64,000 nt of DNA from a virus. Each line of letters starts with the position of its first letter. The stretch's first letter is position 1. This document shows, one piece after another, positions 19,651 through 29,280 of this stretch. The notes below the pieces were generated by a model. That model saw only the letters and a list, made by a program, of their open reading frames with translations. It searched no databases and was not told where the DNA came from. The translations under genes were made by a program, and so were the position numbers. The DNA lies in IMG/VR virus record IMGVR_UViG_3300029267_002600, positions 1 to 64,000 of that record. One strand, 5' to 3'.

Positions 19651-20649
19651 ATGGCAGGAAAAGGAAGCGGTTGGAAGAACGAATCAAGAAGGCATTCGTT
19701 GGCAAGGAAGGGCGTAAAGACTAACATAGATCAGGGAAAACGATTTGATGTTTCTAATTTTGTCGCAAGGGGAGAAGGATTATCCAAAAAACTTGATGAT
19801 CTTGATGGTTTAGTATATGAGAGATTCATAATTATAGAAGAAGATCTGAAAGGGTTTATTCGATACAAGGATGAATGGGTTGAATATATACAAACAGAAT
19901 TATCCAAGATGGGCTATGATGAGGGCGATATTGATGATATGAATATTGAAGGATGGACAATCAGGTTACTTCTTGATTATATTGATGATAGATTAGATGT
20001 TCAAACAGGGCAGGAAGTAGATGATCTATCTGTTTGGATAGAAGATTATACTGGAGAGAAGATAGATACAGATGATATTACAGAATTAATATACAATAGC
20101 GTTATACTATTAGATCCAGAATTTAATAGCATTGTAAGGGTAAGAGATGGCTTGGAAGTAGATGTTGAAAGAGAATTGAGCAAGTTAGGATTTGATGAAG
20201 GTCAAATAGAAGATATATATATTGAAGATTGGGCAAGTCAAAGATTATTGGATGAGATTGAAGATGAGATCGGTTGGCAAAGATTATTTTCAAGAACGGA
20301 CACATTAGAAAGTTGGATTAGAGATCGCATAAGGATTAGGGATGAATCACAATTCAAGAGTTCGGGCAAGAGAAAGGACATAGATTTGCCCCAATCCAAC
20401 TTATATTTGAAAGGATTCGGTATGGATAGGAACGGCAATAAGGTAATCAAATTAACCTATCCGAATGGCAGGGGGTTCAGCATACAAACGAATATGAATC
20501 TTCCGATCATACACAGCATGAAACTTGGCAATAAGGATTTGCAGAATTTAACGAAATCAGAATTGAAAGCAATAGAAAGCGAAGTGATAGATTACATTGA
20601 GGGATATGGAAGTAAAGGTCAGCAAGATAGATTGAGGAAATTTAGGTGA
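19651..20649 (+). CDS. leader family protein 2/25, acidic body with internal duplication
   Basis: MAGKGSGWKNESRRHSLARKGVKTNIDQGKRFDVSNFVARG. Duplicated ELSKMGYDEGDIDDMNIEGW / ELSKLGFDEGQIEDIYIEDW. Confidence 0.85.
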   Translation: MAGKGSGWKNESRRHSLARKGVKTNIDQGKRFDVSNFVARGEGLSKKLDDLDGLVYERFIIIEEDLKGFIRYKDEWVEYIQTELSKMGYDEGDIDDMNIEGWTIRLLLDYIDDRLDVQTGQEVDDLSVWIEDYTGEKIDTDDITELIYNSVILLDPEFNSIVRVRDGLEVDVERELSKLGFDEGQIEDIYIEDWASQRLLDEIEDEIGWQRLFSRTDTLESWIRDRIRIRDESQFKSSGKRKDIDLPQSNLYLKGFGMDRNGNKVIKLTYPNGRGFSIQTNMNLPIIHSMKLGNKDLQNLTKSELKAIESEVIDYIEGYGSKGQQDRLRKFR

Positions 20650-20654
20650 TTTAA

Positions 20655-21143
20655 ATGGCATGGAAAGGCGAGAGCAGAAGGCACAGTTTGGCACGAAAGG
20701 GCGTAAAGACTAACATAGATGGTGGCAGAAGGTTTGATGTATCTAACTTTGTTGCAAGGGGGAAGTTAGATTTAAAGGAGTTTCCACCACAGAAGTATGT
20801 GGGAGATGGCAAACTTCCCAATATGTATTGGGTAAGTATCTCCAATCATTACTATTATTTTGATGAAGATTCAAATTCATTAGAAAGCATTACAGAAAGA
20901 GATCCAGATTTCAAGATTGAAGGTGGAACTGTTGCGGTATTTTCAACATTCAGGGAAGCACTTGAATTTGCCGATAAAAACAGTTGGCAGGGAGATGATA
21001 TTACCATAGAAGATAGATTAACAGGTCAAATTTGGGAACAATTTAAGTTTGTTCATATGATAGAAAAGGAAGAATACGAAACCCATGATGATACAAGATG
21101 GACAAAAGAACATATGAAAGAATTAGGAGTTGAGTTTGAATGA
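20655..21143 (+). CDS. leader family protein 3/25
   Basis: MAWKGESRRHSLARKGVKTNIDGGRRFDVSNFVARG. 95 nt are identical to the next copy. Confidence 0.85.
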   Translation: MAWKGESRRHSLARKGVKTNIDGGRRFDVSNFVARGKLDLKEFPPQKYVGDGKLPNMYWVSISNHYYYFDEDSNSLESITERDPDFKIEGGTVAVFSTFREALEFADKNSWQGDDITIEDRLTGQIWEQFKFVHMIEKEEYETHDDTRWTKEHMKELGVEFE

Positions 21144-21778
21144 GTTGGAAAGGCGAGAGCAGAAGGCACAGTTTGGCACGAAAGGGCGTAAAGACTAACA
21201 TAGATGGTGGCAGAAGGTTTGATGTATCTAACTTTGTTGCCAAAGGCGAAGATAGACCAAAAGTAAAATTCATGGGGGAAGGCAGAAGTATGCATGGCTA
21301 TATTGATAGATCGTGGGATGAATACCTATTTGAAGAAGAAGATGGCACGAATATAGAAGTAGTGGTATTTTCTGAACCCGATTGGGATATGTTAAGAGAA
21401 GTTGGAGAAGAAGAAGAAATCAAAGAACAAGATTGGGATGAATTTGTTCTTGATAGAGAAGAAGAATTTTATCAAGAAGGCAATGGAGAAGTTCATGTCA
21501 TATGGGCAGGGGCTTTGGATTTCACAGGAACAGAAAATGAATTTGCAGGTAGGTATCCAGAATTGAACGAGTATTTGAATCTTGGAGATTTATCTGGAAC
21601 ATGGGTTGTAGAAGATATGCCACATGAATTAAAATATCATGCAGAAAAAATGCCACAAGGTCATTATAAAGTAGTTGCAGAAGATAAATCAGGTAGATAT
21701 AGGATAGGATATACAAGCGATCCAGAAGCAATGATTAGAGAAACAGCGAAGGGTTATGACATTAGGAAGGTTAGGTGA
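21140..21778 (+). CDS. leader family protein 4/25, acidic body
   Basis: MSWKGESRRHSLARKGVKTNIDGGRRFDVSNFVAKG. ATGA overlap. Confidence 0.85.
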   Translation: MSWKGESRRHSLARKGVKTNIDGGRRFDVSNFVAKGEDRPKVKFMGEGRSMHGYIDRSWDEYLFEEEDGTNIEVVVFSEPDWDMLREVGEEEEIKEQDWDEFVLDREEEFYQEGNGEVHVIWAGALDFTGTENEFAGRYPELNEYLNLGDLSGTWVVEDMPHELKYHAEKMPQGHYKVVAEDKSGRYRIGYTSDPEAMIRETAKGYDIRKVR

Positions 21779-21783
21779 TTAAA

Positions 21784-22884
21784 ATGGCAGGAAAAGGAAG
21801 CGGTTGGCATGGAGAATCCCGAAGGCATTCTCTTGCAAGGAAAGGCGTAAAGACAACTCCACAAGGGGCAAGAATGAAAACAGTTCCGAAAGGAAGGATT
21901 ATAGATGCCTATGGCATTAAGTTTGATGCACATGGGCAACCAATGGTTGCCGAAGGCATATTGGGAGATCTTTGGGATAAGGCGAAATCCACGATAACAC
22001 AATCCAAATTAACACAGAAGATAAAGGATGTTGGTGGCACGATCAAGCAGAAAGTAACTGGCGTAGGTCAAAAAATAAAAGAAACTGGCGCAAAGATAAA
22101 AGAGAAGGTAACACCATCAAAAGATAAGGTAAAAACATCAACGGTGAAAGCGGATCATCCAATGAGAAGGGGGATGGAAATTCCCAAAGAAACACCGAAA
22201 GGTAAGCATCCAGCAAGGAGAGAGAACGAAGCATTAGCCAAGCAGATGGATAAGGTTGAAAGACAAAAGATAAGTTCAACAGAAGAAGAACTTGAACAAG
22301 CATCCCATTTCGGCAGGAAACCGAGCAAGGAAGAAGTAGATATAGATAACAAGGGCAGGGTTGGGGCATTAAAATCCAAGATTGCTTCGGAAGAAAAGAA
22401 AGTTCCGAGAGAGCAACTTACCGATATGCCAGAAGAAGTCTTTGAAAGCCCTGATGCCGATTCATTGATAGCCATTGCAGAAAATAGTGAAAAACTGATA
22501 GATTACAAGAATGAATTACAGTATGACATCAACATGATAAAGACAGAAGCGAAGCGATTGAAAAAGCGGTTTGAAACTGATGAACGGAAAGAGATTGCGG
22601 ATTTGAATGCTGACAGGGATAAAGCAAGGGCAAATTTCAAGAAGTTCAAAGATAATATAAAAATGAGTGGCATGGATGAAAGCAAGGCGAAGCACAAAAC
22701 CCAATCTAAATTGAATGAGTTAAAGCAAGAGTTTGAGCAAAGGAAGGTAGAGATTGGGGCATTAAAAATGCGAAATAAGGTTACGATAGATTTCTTAAAT
22801 GATCTTACTGACGATCTAACAAGGAATGTAGTAAAGATGGATAAGAAAGTCAAGCAAATGACAGCATCAGGGAAGGTGAAGTAA
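21784..22884 (+). CDS. leader family protein 5/25, Lys-rich coiled-coil body
   Basis: MAGKGSGWHGESRRHSLARKGVKTT. Ends ...MTASGKVK. Confidence 0.85.
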   Translation: MAGKGSGWHGESRRHSLARKGVKTTPQGARMKTVPKGRIIDAYGIKFDAHGQPMVAEGILGDLWDKAKSTITQSKLTQKIKDVGGTIKQKVTGVGQKIKETGAKIKEKVTPSKDKVKTSTVKADHPMRRGMEIPKETPKGKHPARRENEALAKQMDKVERQKISSTEEELEQASHFGRKPSKEEVDIDNKGRVGALKSKIASEEKKVPREQLTDMPEEVFESPDADSLIAIAENSEKLIDYKNELQYDINMIKTEAKRLKKRFETDERKEIADLNADRDKARANFKKFKDNIKMSGMDESKAKHKTQSKLNELKQEFEQRKVEIGALKMRNKVTIDFLNDLTDDLTRNVVKMDKKVKQMTASGKVK

Positions 22885-22885
22885 T

Positions 22886-23443
22886 ATGGCATGGAAAGGC
22901 GAGAGCAGACGGCACAGTTTGGCAAGGAAAGGCGTAAGGACAGCAAAGGGTTGCCCCCAGAAAAAGATGGTGGCAAGGGGCAATGAAGATGATGATCGTA
23001 GGGAATACATAAATAGGCAGGTTGCAGAATTTCAAAGGGATTTCTGCCCATATGGTTATCTTGATATAGAACAAGCATTGCTACATTTAGAAGCTTATGG
23101 TCATGGTATAGGATACTTGTTTGAAGCACTTGAAGAATTTGTTGAAAGCACAGGTACAGATAGAAATGATGTAGATATTACATGGATAGCATACGATAGC
23201 ATTCTTCAAGAAATTAGGCAGAAAATAGATTCTGAAATTGGCTTTGACATTATGAATGATGCTGATTATTACGCCTATGGAAATTACATGGCAACATCAT
23301 ACGATTGGAGTTCAGAAGATCAGGAAGCATTGAAATCAGCAATTAAGAATGCAGATATGGAATCAAAACACAACTTGCTTTCGGATGATGATGTAGTAAC
23401 TTGGCTTTCAGAAGTTGATATTGATATTAAGGAGTTGAGTTAA
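22886..23443 (+). CDS. leader family protein 6/25
   Basis: MAWKGESRRHSLARKGVRTAKG. Confidence 0.85.
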   Translation: MAWKGESRRHSLARKGVRTAKGCPQKKMVARGNEDDDRREYINRQVAEFQRDFCPYGYLDIEQALLHLEAYGHGIGYLFEALEEFVESTGTDRNDVDITWIAYDSILQEIRQKIDSEIGFDIMNDADYYAYGNYMATSYDWSSEDQEALKSAIKNADMESKHNLLSDDDVVTWLSEVDIDIKELS

Positions 23444-23868
23444 TGGCATGGAAAGGCGAGAGCAGAAGGCATAGTCTTGCCAGAAAGGGCGTAAAGACAG
23501 CAAAGCCAAGAATGAGGGCATCAGGGAAGAAAGAATTTGGAAATGCATTATCGCCAGAAGGTAAGGCATTATTAAAATCAGAAGGGTTTTCAGAAGATTA
23601 CATAATATTCATTTGGAAATCAGAAATGGATTCCCCACCAAATGTTCCACATTACATGACAATTGATTTTGTATTAGATTCTGAAATGAGAAAAGAATAC
23701 AATGAATTGAGAGAAGATGAAGATGGTATTACTGGAGAATGGTTAAGCCATAATCTTTGGACATTAATAGATAGGGGTTTAGTGGTTGATGTGTATGATG
23801 GTATTAATAGCCCCGAAGAATTGAAAGATAAATATGATGATATAGTATTAATTTATGGAAGGGGATAA
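23443..23868 (+). CDS. leader family protein 7/25
   Basis: MAWKGESRRHSLARKGVKTAKPRMRASGKK. TAATG overlap. Confidence 0.85.
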   Translation: MAWKGESRRHSLARKGVKTAKPRMRASGKKEFGNALSPEGKALLKSEGFSEDYIIFIWKSEMDSPPNVPHYMTIDFVLDSEMRKEYNELREDEDGITGEWLSHNLWTLIDRGLVVDVYDGINSPEELKDKYDDIVLIYGRG

Positions 23869-23869
23869 C

Positions 23870-24622
23870 ATGAGTTGGCATAGAGAATCAAGAAGGCACA
23901 GTTTGGCAAGGAAGGGCATTAAAACGGCGAAAGGGCATTTCATGGATACAGATGAAGGCAAAAGAGAAATGAGAGAACCATTACACACAGATCCATTTGC
24001 CACAGGAGATTCACTTCGGGATTATCTTGATTCTCCAGCAGGAGAAGAATATCTTGAACTGCATTGGGAAAGTTTATATGAAGTTCCATTTAATTCATTT
24101 GAAGAAGGCATTCCATATTGGATAGATCATTATGAGAATCTATTGTTAGAAGAAGAAGTATATAGCCGAGAATATACTGATGAATTAATTGAACATGAAC
24201 TTGGCTATCATGATGGCTATGAGATTGGAGAATACAGAACCTTTGATGGCAAGGATTATTATTATGTTGGAAGCGTTTCGGGTGGAAGTGGAGAATTAGA
24301 GTTACAAGCAGATAACGGCGATCTTGTTTATGATGGCATTGGTGATAGTTTCTTCCGCATTTGGAAGCCATTCCCCGAAACATACATTTCATTGGAAGAA
24401 GATAGTTATGAATTAATTCATAACCATAAGACAGTTGCAGAAACCGAAAAAATATCTGAAATGAACAATCCAGATAAAGCATTACAAGATTTAAAAAATA
24501 GGGCATTAAAGAATGGTTGGAAACTTGAACCTATAATATGGGATGATGCAGAAAATAGATTTGAAAAACAGAAATCAATTCCAAGTTATAAGCCAGATAT
24601 ATATGAAGATATGTTTAATTAG
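23870..24622 (+). CDS. leader family protein 8/25, acidic body
   Basis: MSWHRESRRHSLARKGIKTAKG. Track ORF 23855..24622. Confidence 0.85.
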   Translation: MSWHRESRRHSLARKGIKTAKGHFMDTDEGKREMREPLHTDPFATGDSLRDYLDSPAGEEYLELHWESLYEVPFNSFEEGIPYWIDHYENLLLEEEVYSREYTDELIEHELGYHDGYEIGEYRTFDGKDYYYVGSVSGGSGELELQADNGDLVYDGIGDSFFRIWKPFPETYISLEEDSYELIHNHKTVAETEKISEMNNPDKALQDLKNRALKNGWKLEPIIWDDAENRFEKQKSIPSYKPDIYEDMFN

Positions 24623-24632
24623 GAGATAAAAC

Positions 24633-25085
24633 ATGAGTTGGTGGAAACAAAGCGAAAGGCATAGTCTTGCCAGAAAGGGCATCAAGACAGCACAACAGGG
24701 TAAGCCCAAGATCACTAAAGGTATTGCGAATGAGCAAGTGATCAAGCACAAGTTATCCAACAACATTCACAAGAATATTACGGCGTTAGATCGTAAATTG
24801 CGTAAGGTAGCCAATCTTGAAAGCCAGAAAGACATTCAAAGGAATCTTGAAGATGCCATGAAGTTGTATGATTCATTAGGCGAAAAGATAAAAAATCACA
24901 AGCAACGGTATGGCAATATGCCAGATTGGATACAGCATGATTGGGTTCATAATGAAACATTCGACAAGAACGGCAAGATAAAGAAGCAGATGCAGAAGAT
25001 GAGGGAATTAGATCCAAAGAACTTGAAGAAAGAGCAGAACAAGATGTGGAATTTGATAGCGTTAAAGACGGAAAGGAGAAGGTGA
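24633..25085 (+). CDS. leader family protein 9/25 (most divergent leader)
   Basis: MSWWKQSERHSLARKGIKTAQQGKPK. Basic body. Confidence 0.8.
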   Translation: MSWWKQSERHSLARKGIKTAQQGKPKITKGIANEQVIKHKLSNNIHKNITALDRKLRKVANLESQKDIQRNLEDAMKLYDSLGEKIKNHKQRYGNMPDWIQHDWVHNETFDKNGKIKKQMQKMRELDPKNLKKEQNKMWNLIALKTERRR

Positions 25086-25089
25086 TAAT

Positions 25090-25299
25090 ATGCCATATAA
25101 GAAAGCAAGATATACACATAAAAGATATACAAATCCAAGAAATATCGTGAAAGGAACATTCAGAACAGTTCCATTATCGCATACGAGATCAAAGAGAAAG
25201 ATAAAAAATGCAAAAGCGATAGTAGGGAAATCCAAGAAAACAGGTAAGAACATCATTCAATCGGTATTAATACCGAAGAAAAATAGGAAGGTGAAGTAG
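25090..25299 (+). CDS. very basic small protein (not a family member)
   Basis: 69 aa, Lys/Arg-rich. It ends KKNRKVK, as does the mini-ORF at 37966-38073. Confidence 0.6.
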   Translation: MPYKKARYTHKRYTNPRNIVKGTFRTVPLSHTRSKRKIKNAKAIVGKSKKTGKNIIQSVLIPKKNRKVK

Positions 25300-25300
25300 G

Positions 25301-26113
25301 ATGGCATGGAAGAACGAATCTCGAAGGCATTCGTTGGCAAGGAAAGGCATAAGAACAAACATAGATGATGGCAGAAGGTTTGATGTATCCAACTTTGTTG
25401 CGAAGGGCAAGGGCAGATATACATATCATGGAAGGAAATTAGAATTAGGGGAATTACTTCAGGATGGATACAAATCAGGTAATGATTATTTTCTAATTAT
25501 CCAGTTACAAGATGGTTTCATAATCGGTGGATACATAGATCTTGATGAATACTGGAAAGATGCTGAATATATTAATGAAATCATAGTAGAACCCATGATA
25601 TTCACAGTAGAAGAATTTGATGAAAGACCAATGGAACAGTTATCAAGTGGTTGGGATTTAAGAACAAAGGAAGGAAAAGAGTATTTAAATAGGCACATAA
25701 AGAAGATAGAAGATTTACTGAAAGATTCAAGAGATTTCGAAACAAAAGCCAGATATGAGATAATCAATAAAACCGATTATGCGAAGGATGTTGCAATTGC
25801 TTACAATCAGAACTATGACAATGTGAAGCACACGAAATGGTTTATGAATGCGGTTGAAACAGAATTAGAATCTGATTTCAAATCCGAACAAAGATGGAAG
25901 GAACTGAAGCAAATGGAGAAGAAAAAGGCATCAGGAAAACATCTTTCAGTAAGAAAATTCAATGGAGAAGAATATTACTATACAGGAATAATGGATTCAG
26001 AATCAAAAGAAAGATTAGAAGCGACAGCAAAAGTAATGGGTAGAGGAAAACCATTCAAAATAGTAAGATTAAAGGATGGTTATCATCTTTATGCAAAAAA
26101 GAAGGTGATGTAG
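25301..26113 (+). CDS. leader family protein 10/25
   Basis: MAWKNESRRHSLARKGIRTNIDDGRRFDVSNFVAKG. Internal KKKASG. Confidence 0.85.
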   Translation: MAWKNESRRHSLARKGIRTNIDDGRRFDVSNFVAKGKGRYTYHGRKLELGELLQDGYKSGNDYFLIIQLQDGFIIGGYIDLDEYWKDAEYINEIIVEPMIFTVEEFDERPMEQLSSGWDLRTKEGKEYLNRHIKKIEDLLKDSRDFETKARYEIINKTDYAKDVAIAYNQNYDNVKHTKWFMNAVETELESDFKSEQRWKELKQMEKKKASGKHLSVRKFNGEEYYYTGIMDSESKERLEATAKVMGRGKPFKIVRLKDGYHLYAKKKVM

Positions 26114-26893
26114 ATGGGTTGGAAAGGCGAATCCCGAAGGCATTCGTTGGCAAGGAAAGGCATAAGAACAAACATAGATGATGGCAGAAGGTTTGATGTA
26201 AGTTCTTTTGTTGCAAAGGGCAAGAAGTTGCCAGAAGTGGATTATGGCACAGATGTATGGGAGTTCAGGGTGAATCCAGATGGTTCTATGCGTTTAAGAT
26301 TGGGCAATATGACAACAGCAGGATGGTATTGGACAGGGGATGAAACCGATCTTGGAACATTCTTGGTTAGAATTGTTAATTTCGGAGAGATGGATGAATT
26401 TAAGGAAGCAATGGCAGAAGCAGGAATATCCTTTGATATGTTGAAGCCATTTTTATTGAAGAACATTGATGAACCTGATGGAAATGGTATGTATTCTATT
26501 ACAGGGGATAATGTTAGATGGAAATTTGGAGAAGCGTATGATATTGATGTAGATGAAGAAGTCGAATATTTAACAAGTATGTATGAATTATCTGATGAAG
26601 ATAAGCAGGAGATAAAAGATGAGCATTATTGGAATCTTACAAGAGTTAGTATAGATGATTTTGAGAAAACAAAAGATTATGAGGAAATCAAAGGAGATCT
26701 GGAAGAAGCATTTAAATTATCAGATGATTTTGATGATTTTTCAAGCAATATAAAAGAATTAAAAGAAAATGTATTCTGGCAAATGATAGAATACGATCAA
26801 GAAGTAGAATTTGAAGATTTTGAGAGGGCATTCGATATTTGGAAGGGGAAAAAGAAGAAAGAAGGCAGAACCGTTAAGAAGATCAAGGGGTGA
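26114..26893 (+). CDS. leader family protein 11/25, acidic body
   Basis: MGWKGESRRHSLARKGIRTNIDDGRRFDVSSFVAKG. Confidence 0.85.
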   Translation: MGWKGESRRHSLARKGIRTNIDDGRRFDVSSFVAKGKKLPEVDYGTDVWEFRVNPDGSMRLRLGNMTTAGWYWTGDETDLGTFLVRIVNFGEMDEFKEAMAEAGISFDMLKPFLLKNIDEPDGNGMYSITGDNVRWKFGEAYDIDVDEEVEYLTSMYELSDEDKQEIKDEHYWNLTRVSIDDFEKTKDYEEIKGDLEEAFKLSDDFDDFSSNIKELKENVFWQMIEYDQEVEFEDFERAFDIWKGKKKKEGRTVKKIKG

Positions 26894-26897
26894 TAAA

Positions 26898-27968
26898 ATG
26901 AGTAAAGGTTGGAAGAACGAATCTCGAAGGCATAGTCTTGCCAGAAAAGGAGTTAAAACCAATGTAGATGAGAGCAGAAGATTTGATGTCAGCACATTTG
27001 TTGCGAAGGGCATGGTTCATGGCTATGATATAGATGAGATTTACAATGGCTTTATTGAAGCAATGCTTTGGGCTACGCAAGATCCAGATCATAAAGATGA
27101 AGTATTTTTAGAAAATAATTATAGTATCTATGATGTTGATAAAGACACAGCAAGAGCAATCAAATTCCTTATTGAAGATTTCATGAATGAAAACCATGAA
27201 TTATTTGAAGAAATAGAAATAAACGAAGGAATAAGAATATCAGAAGAAATGATAGGTAATGATCTATTCTTGGACACACAAGGTCATGGGGTAGGATTTT
27301 GGAGTAGAGATTATGGGCTTAATGGCAAACTATTAAGCAAAGAAGCAAAAAAGTTCTTTGATGATAGTATGTATGCCTATGCTGGAGATGATGGCAAGAT
27401 TTACTTTGAAGGAGTAACTAAATTGAAGGCATCAGGAAGAAGCAAATTCACGATTGTTAGAGATCTAATGAGAAAGGAAGGCGTAGATCCAGAATATGCT
27501 TCTCCAAATTTCGTTAAGGATTTTGCAGATAATAGAGGAATTAAACTAACATCAGAACAAGTAGTTGATATTTCCAATAGATATACAAGTTCAGGAGAAT
27601 ACAAACAGAAAAAATGGGAAGTTGTAATGATTTCACCACATGGCAGAACTGCAATAGAAGAAGTAACACTTGGCAGGAAATCAAACAAATTTGATGTCAT
27701 TCAATCATTAAAAAGACAGGGAATAAAGGGAGAAATTATTCAGATAAAGGAATTGAAGGCATCAGGAGTATCGGCAGATGTTAGCAGGATAAAAAGAAAT
27801 CTAATAAACAAAGCGAAAAAGAGAGGCATCTATGAAAATTTCGGACAAGTTGAAATTAACCGATTGAGAGATAAATATTCTGATTACAGATATGGTTCAG
27901 AAGAACAAAGAAAACAATGGGCAAATATAGAAGCATTAGACGAATGGGCAATGAATTATACAGGGTGA
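26898..27968 (+). CDS. leader family protein 12/25, three-part body
   Basis: MSKGWKNESRRHSLARKGVKTNVDESRRFDVSTFVAKG. GNDLFLDTQGHGVGFWSRD motif. Two internal LKASG motifs. Confidence 0.85.
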   Translation: MSKGWKNESRRHSLARKGVKTNVDESRRFDVSTFVAKGMVHGYDIDEIYNGFIEAMLWATQDPDHKDEVFLENNYSIYDVDKDTARAIKFLIEDFMNENHELFEEIEINEGIRISEEMIGNDLFLDTQGHGVGFWSRDYGLNGKLLSKEAKKFFDDSMYAYAGDDGKIYFEGVTKLKASGRSKFTIVRDLMRKEGVDPEYASPNFVKDFADNRGIKLTSEQVVDISNRYTSSGEYKQKKWEVVMISPHGRTAIEEVTLGRKSNKFDVIQSLKRQGIKGEIIQIKELKASGVSADVSRIKRNLINKAKKRGIYENFGQVEINRLRDKYSDYRYGSEEQRKQWANIEALDEWAMNYTG

Positions 27969-27973
27969 TTAAC

Positions 27974-28444
27974 ATGGCAATAAAAGGAAAAGGTTGGAAG
28001 AACGAATCAAGAAGGCATAGTCTTGCGAGAAAGGGCATTAGAACAACGGATAATTCCATGTCGGGAGTAAGGGTTGATGAAAGTTCAGGATTATGGTTTG
28101 AATCGCAAGGAGTAGTATCCGAGATGGTTTCATTGGTTCAATTAATAGGATTTGATGATCTTATCAAAGAAAAGAAAGCAAGTGGCATTTCAAGAGATCA
28201 ATATGAAGCAGATGGAGAGAAGATTATAGTATTTCCATCAGAAGAAAGCAAGAAAACAGTTAAATGGCTATTGAACGAATACATCAATGGAGATCGCAAA
28301 AGAAGGAAGCAGGTAAAAAGGATGCTAAACATTGCCATCAAGGAAATAGATAGAAGATTGGGCAAGGAGAACATCATAGACATTAGAGTTGATCTTCACA
28401 AGAGCAGAAAGATGTTTAGAGAACTTGAACAGGAGTTGAGTTAA
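27974..28444 (+). CDS. leader family protein 13/25
   Basis: MAIKGKGWKNESRRHSLARKGIRTTDNS. Internal KKASG. Confidence 0.85.
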   Translation: MAIKGKGWKNESRRHSLARKGIRTTDNSMSGVRVDESSGLWFESQGVVSEMVSLVQLIGFDDLIKEKKASGISRDQYEADGEKIIVFPSEESKKTVKWLLNEYINGDRKRRKQVKRMLNIAIKEIDRRLGKENIIDIRVDLHKSRKMFRELEQELS

Positions 28445-29280
28445 TGGCTTGGAAAGGCGATAGCAGAAGGCATTCTTTGGCAAGGAAGGGCATCAAGACC
28501 AACATAGATCAGGGCAGAAGGTTTGATGTTTCTACATTTGTCGCAAGGGGTAATGATATTGGTAGATATTTCGATAGCGAACCTGAAAATGATGAACTTT
28601 TGGAATATTGGGATATAGCAATATGGTTTGAAGATTTGCCGAGAGATCCAAAAGAACAAGAAAAAGAAATAAGGGAATGGGTTGAATTACTTGAAAAGAG
28701 AACAAATATGCATTTCCAAGATTTAGTAGATAAAGCATATAAGGTAGATCCAAACGATTCAAAATATTCTATGCTTTTCACACCAATTGATGAACTTTTC
28801 AAGAAGATAGGAATGAGATTGCTAAATTATGGTCATGATGTTTATGAATCAGATACAAGAATGATTGTTTGGAGAAAAGGAACAATACCGAGATGGTATG
28901 ATACAGATTTTGATGAAATAGCAAATGTAATTAGCATTCCATTAATGAACAAATCTCAAATAGAAGGGAACATTGATTATCTTGATGAAAAATATGAAGC
29001 AGATGTTTTTGAAGGATACAATATGGAATTGGCAGGGGTAGATGAAGCAGGTAAAAGAAGGGAACAACTTGTTAGATGGCTTTCATTACCTGATAAAAAG
29101 AAAAAGATATTCAAGGAGTTACATGAAACAGATGAAAATCTATTCCATTCACAATTATTGGGTTCGACATATGAGCATTTGCATCCATCAGCAGAAAAAC
29201 TTGCGGAAGCATACAATCTTCCAATGGATGAAGCCAAAGAGATATTTGCAGAATATGAATCTGGATGGTGGTGGAAGTAA
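28444..29280 (+). CDS. leader family protein 14/25
   Basis: MAWKGDSRRHSLARKGIKTNIDQGRRFDVSTFVARG. TAATG overlap. Confidence 0.85.
   Translation: MAWKGDSRRHSLARKGIKTNIDQGRRFDVSTFVARGNDIGRYFDSEPENDELLEYWDIAIWFEDLPRDPKEQEKEIREWVELLEKRTNMHFQDLVDKAYKVDPNDSKYSMLFTPIDELFKKIGMRLLNYGHDVYESDTRMIVWRKGTIPRWYDTDFDEIANVISIPLMNKSQIEGNIDYLDEKYEADVFEGYNMELAGVDEAGKRREQLVRWLSLPDKKKKIFKELHETDENLFHSQLLGSTYEHLHPSAEKLAEAYNLPMDEAKEIFAEYESGWWWK

Noticed and set aside
546-27973. The N-terminal extensions given by the track for several ORFs (546, 1456, 1608, 6978, 19642, 21775, 23855, 26811, 27917 and others).
   Set aside because: Internal ATGs sit right after the upstream stop or an SD-like motif and restore the conserved leader at residue 2-3. 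The extensions overlap the preceding gene.
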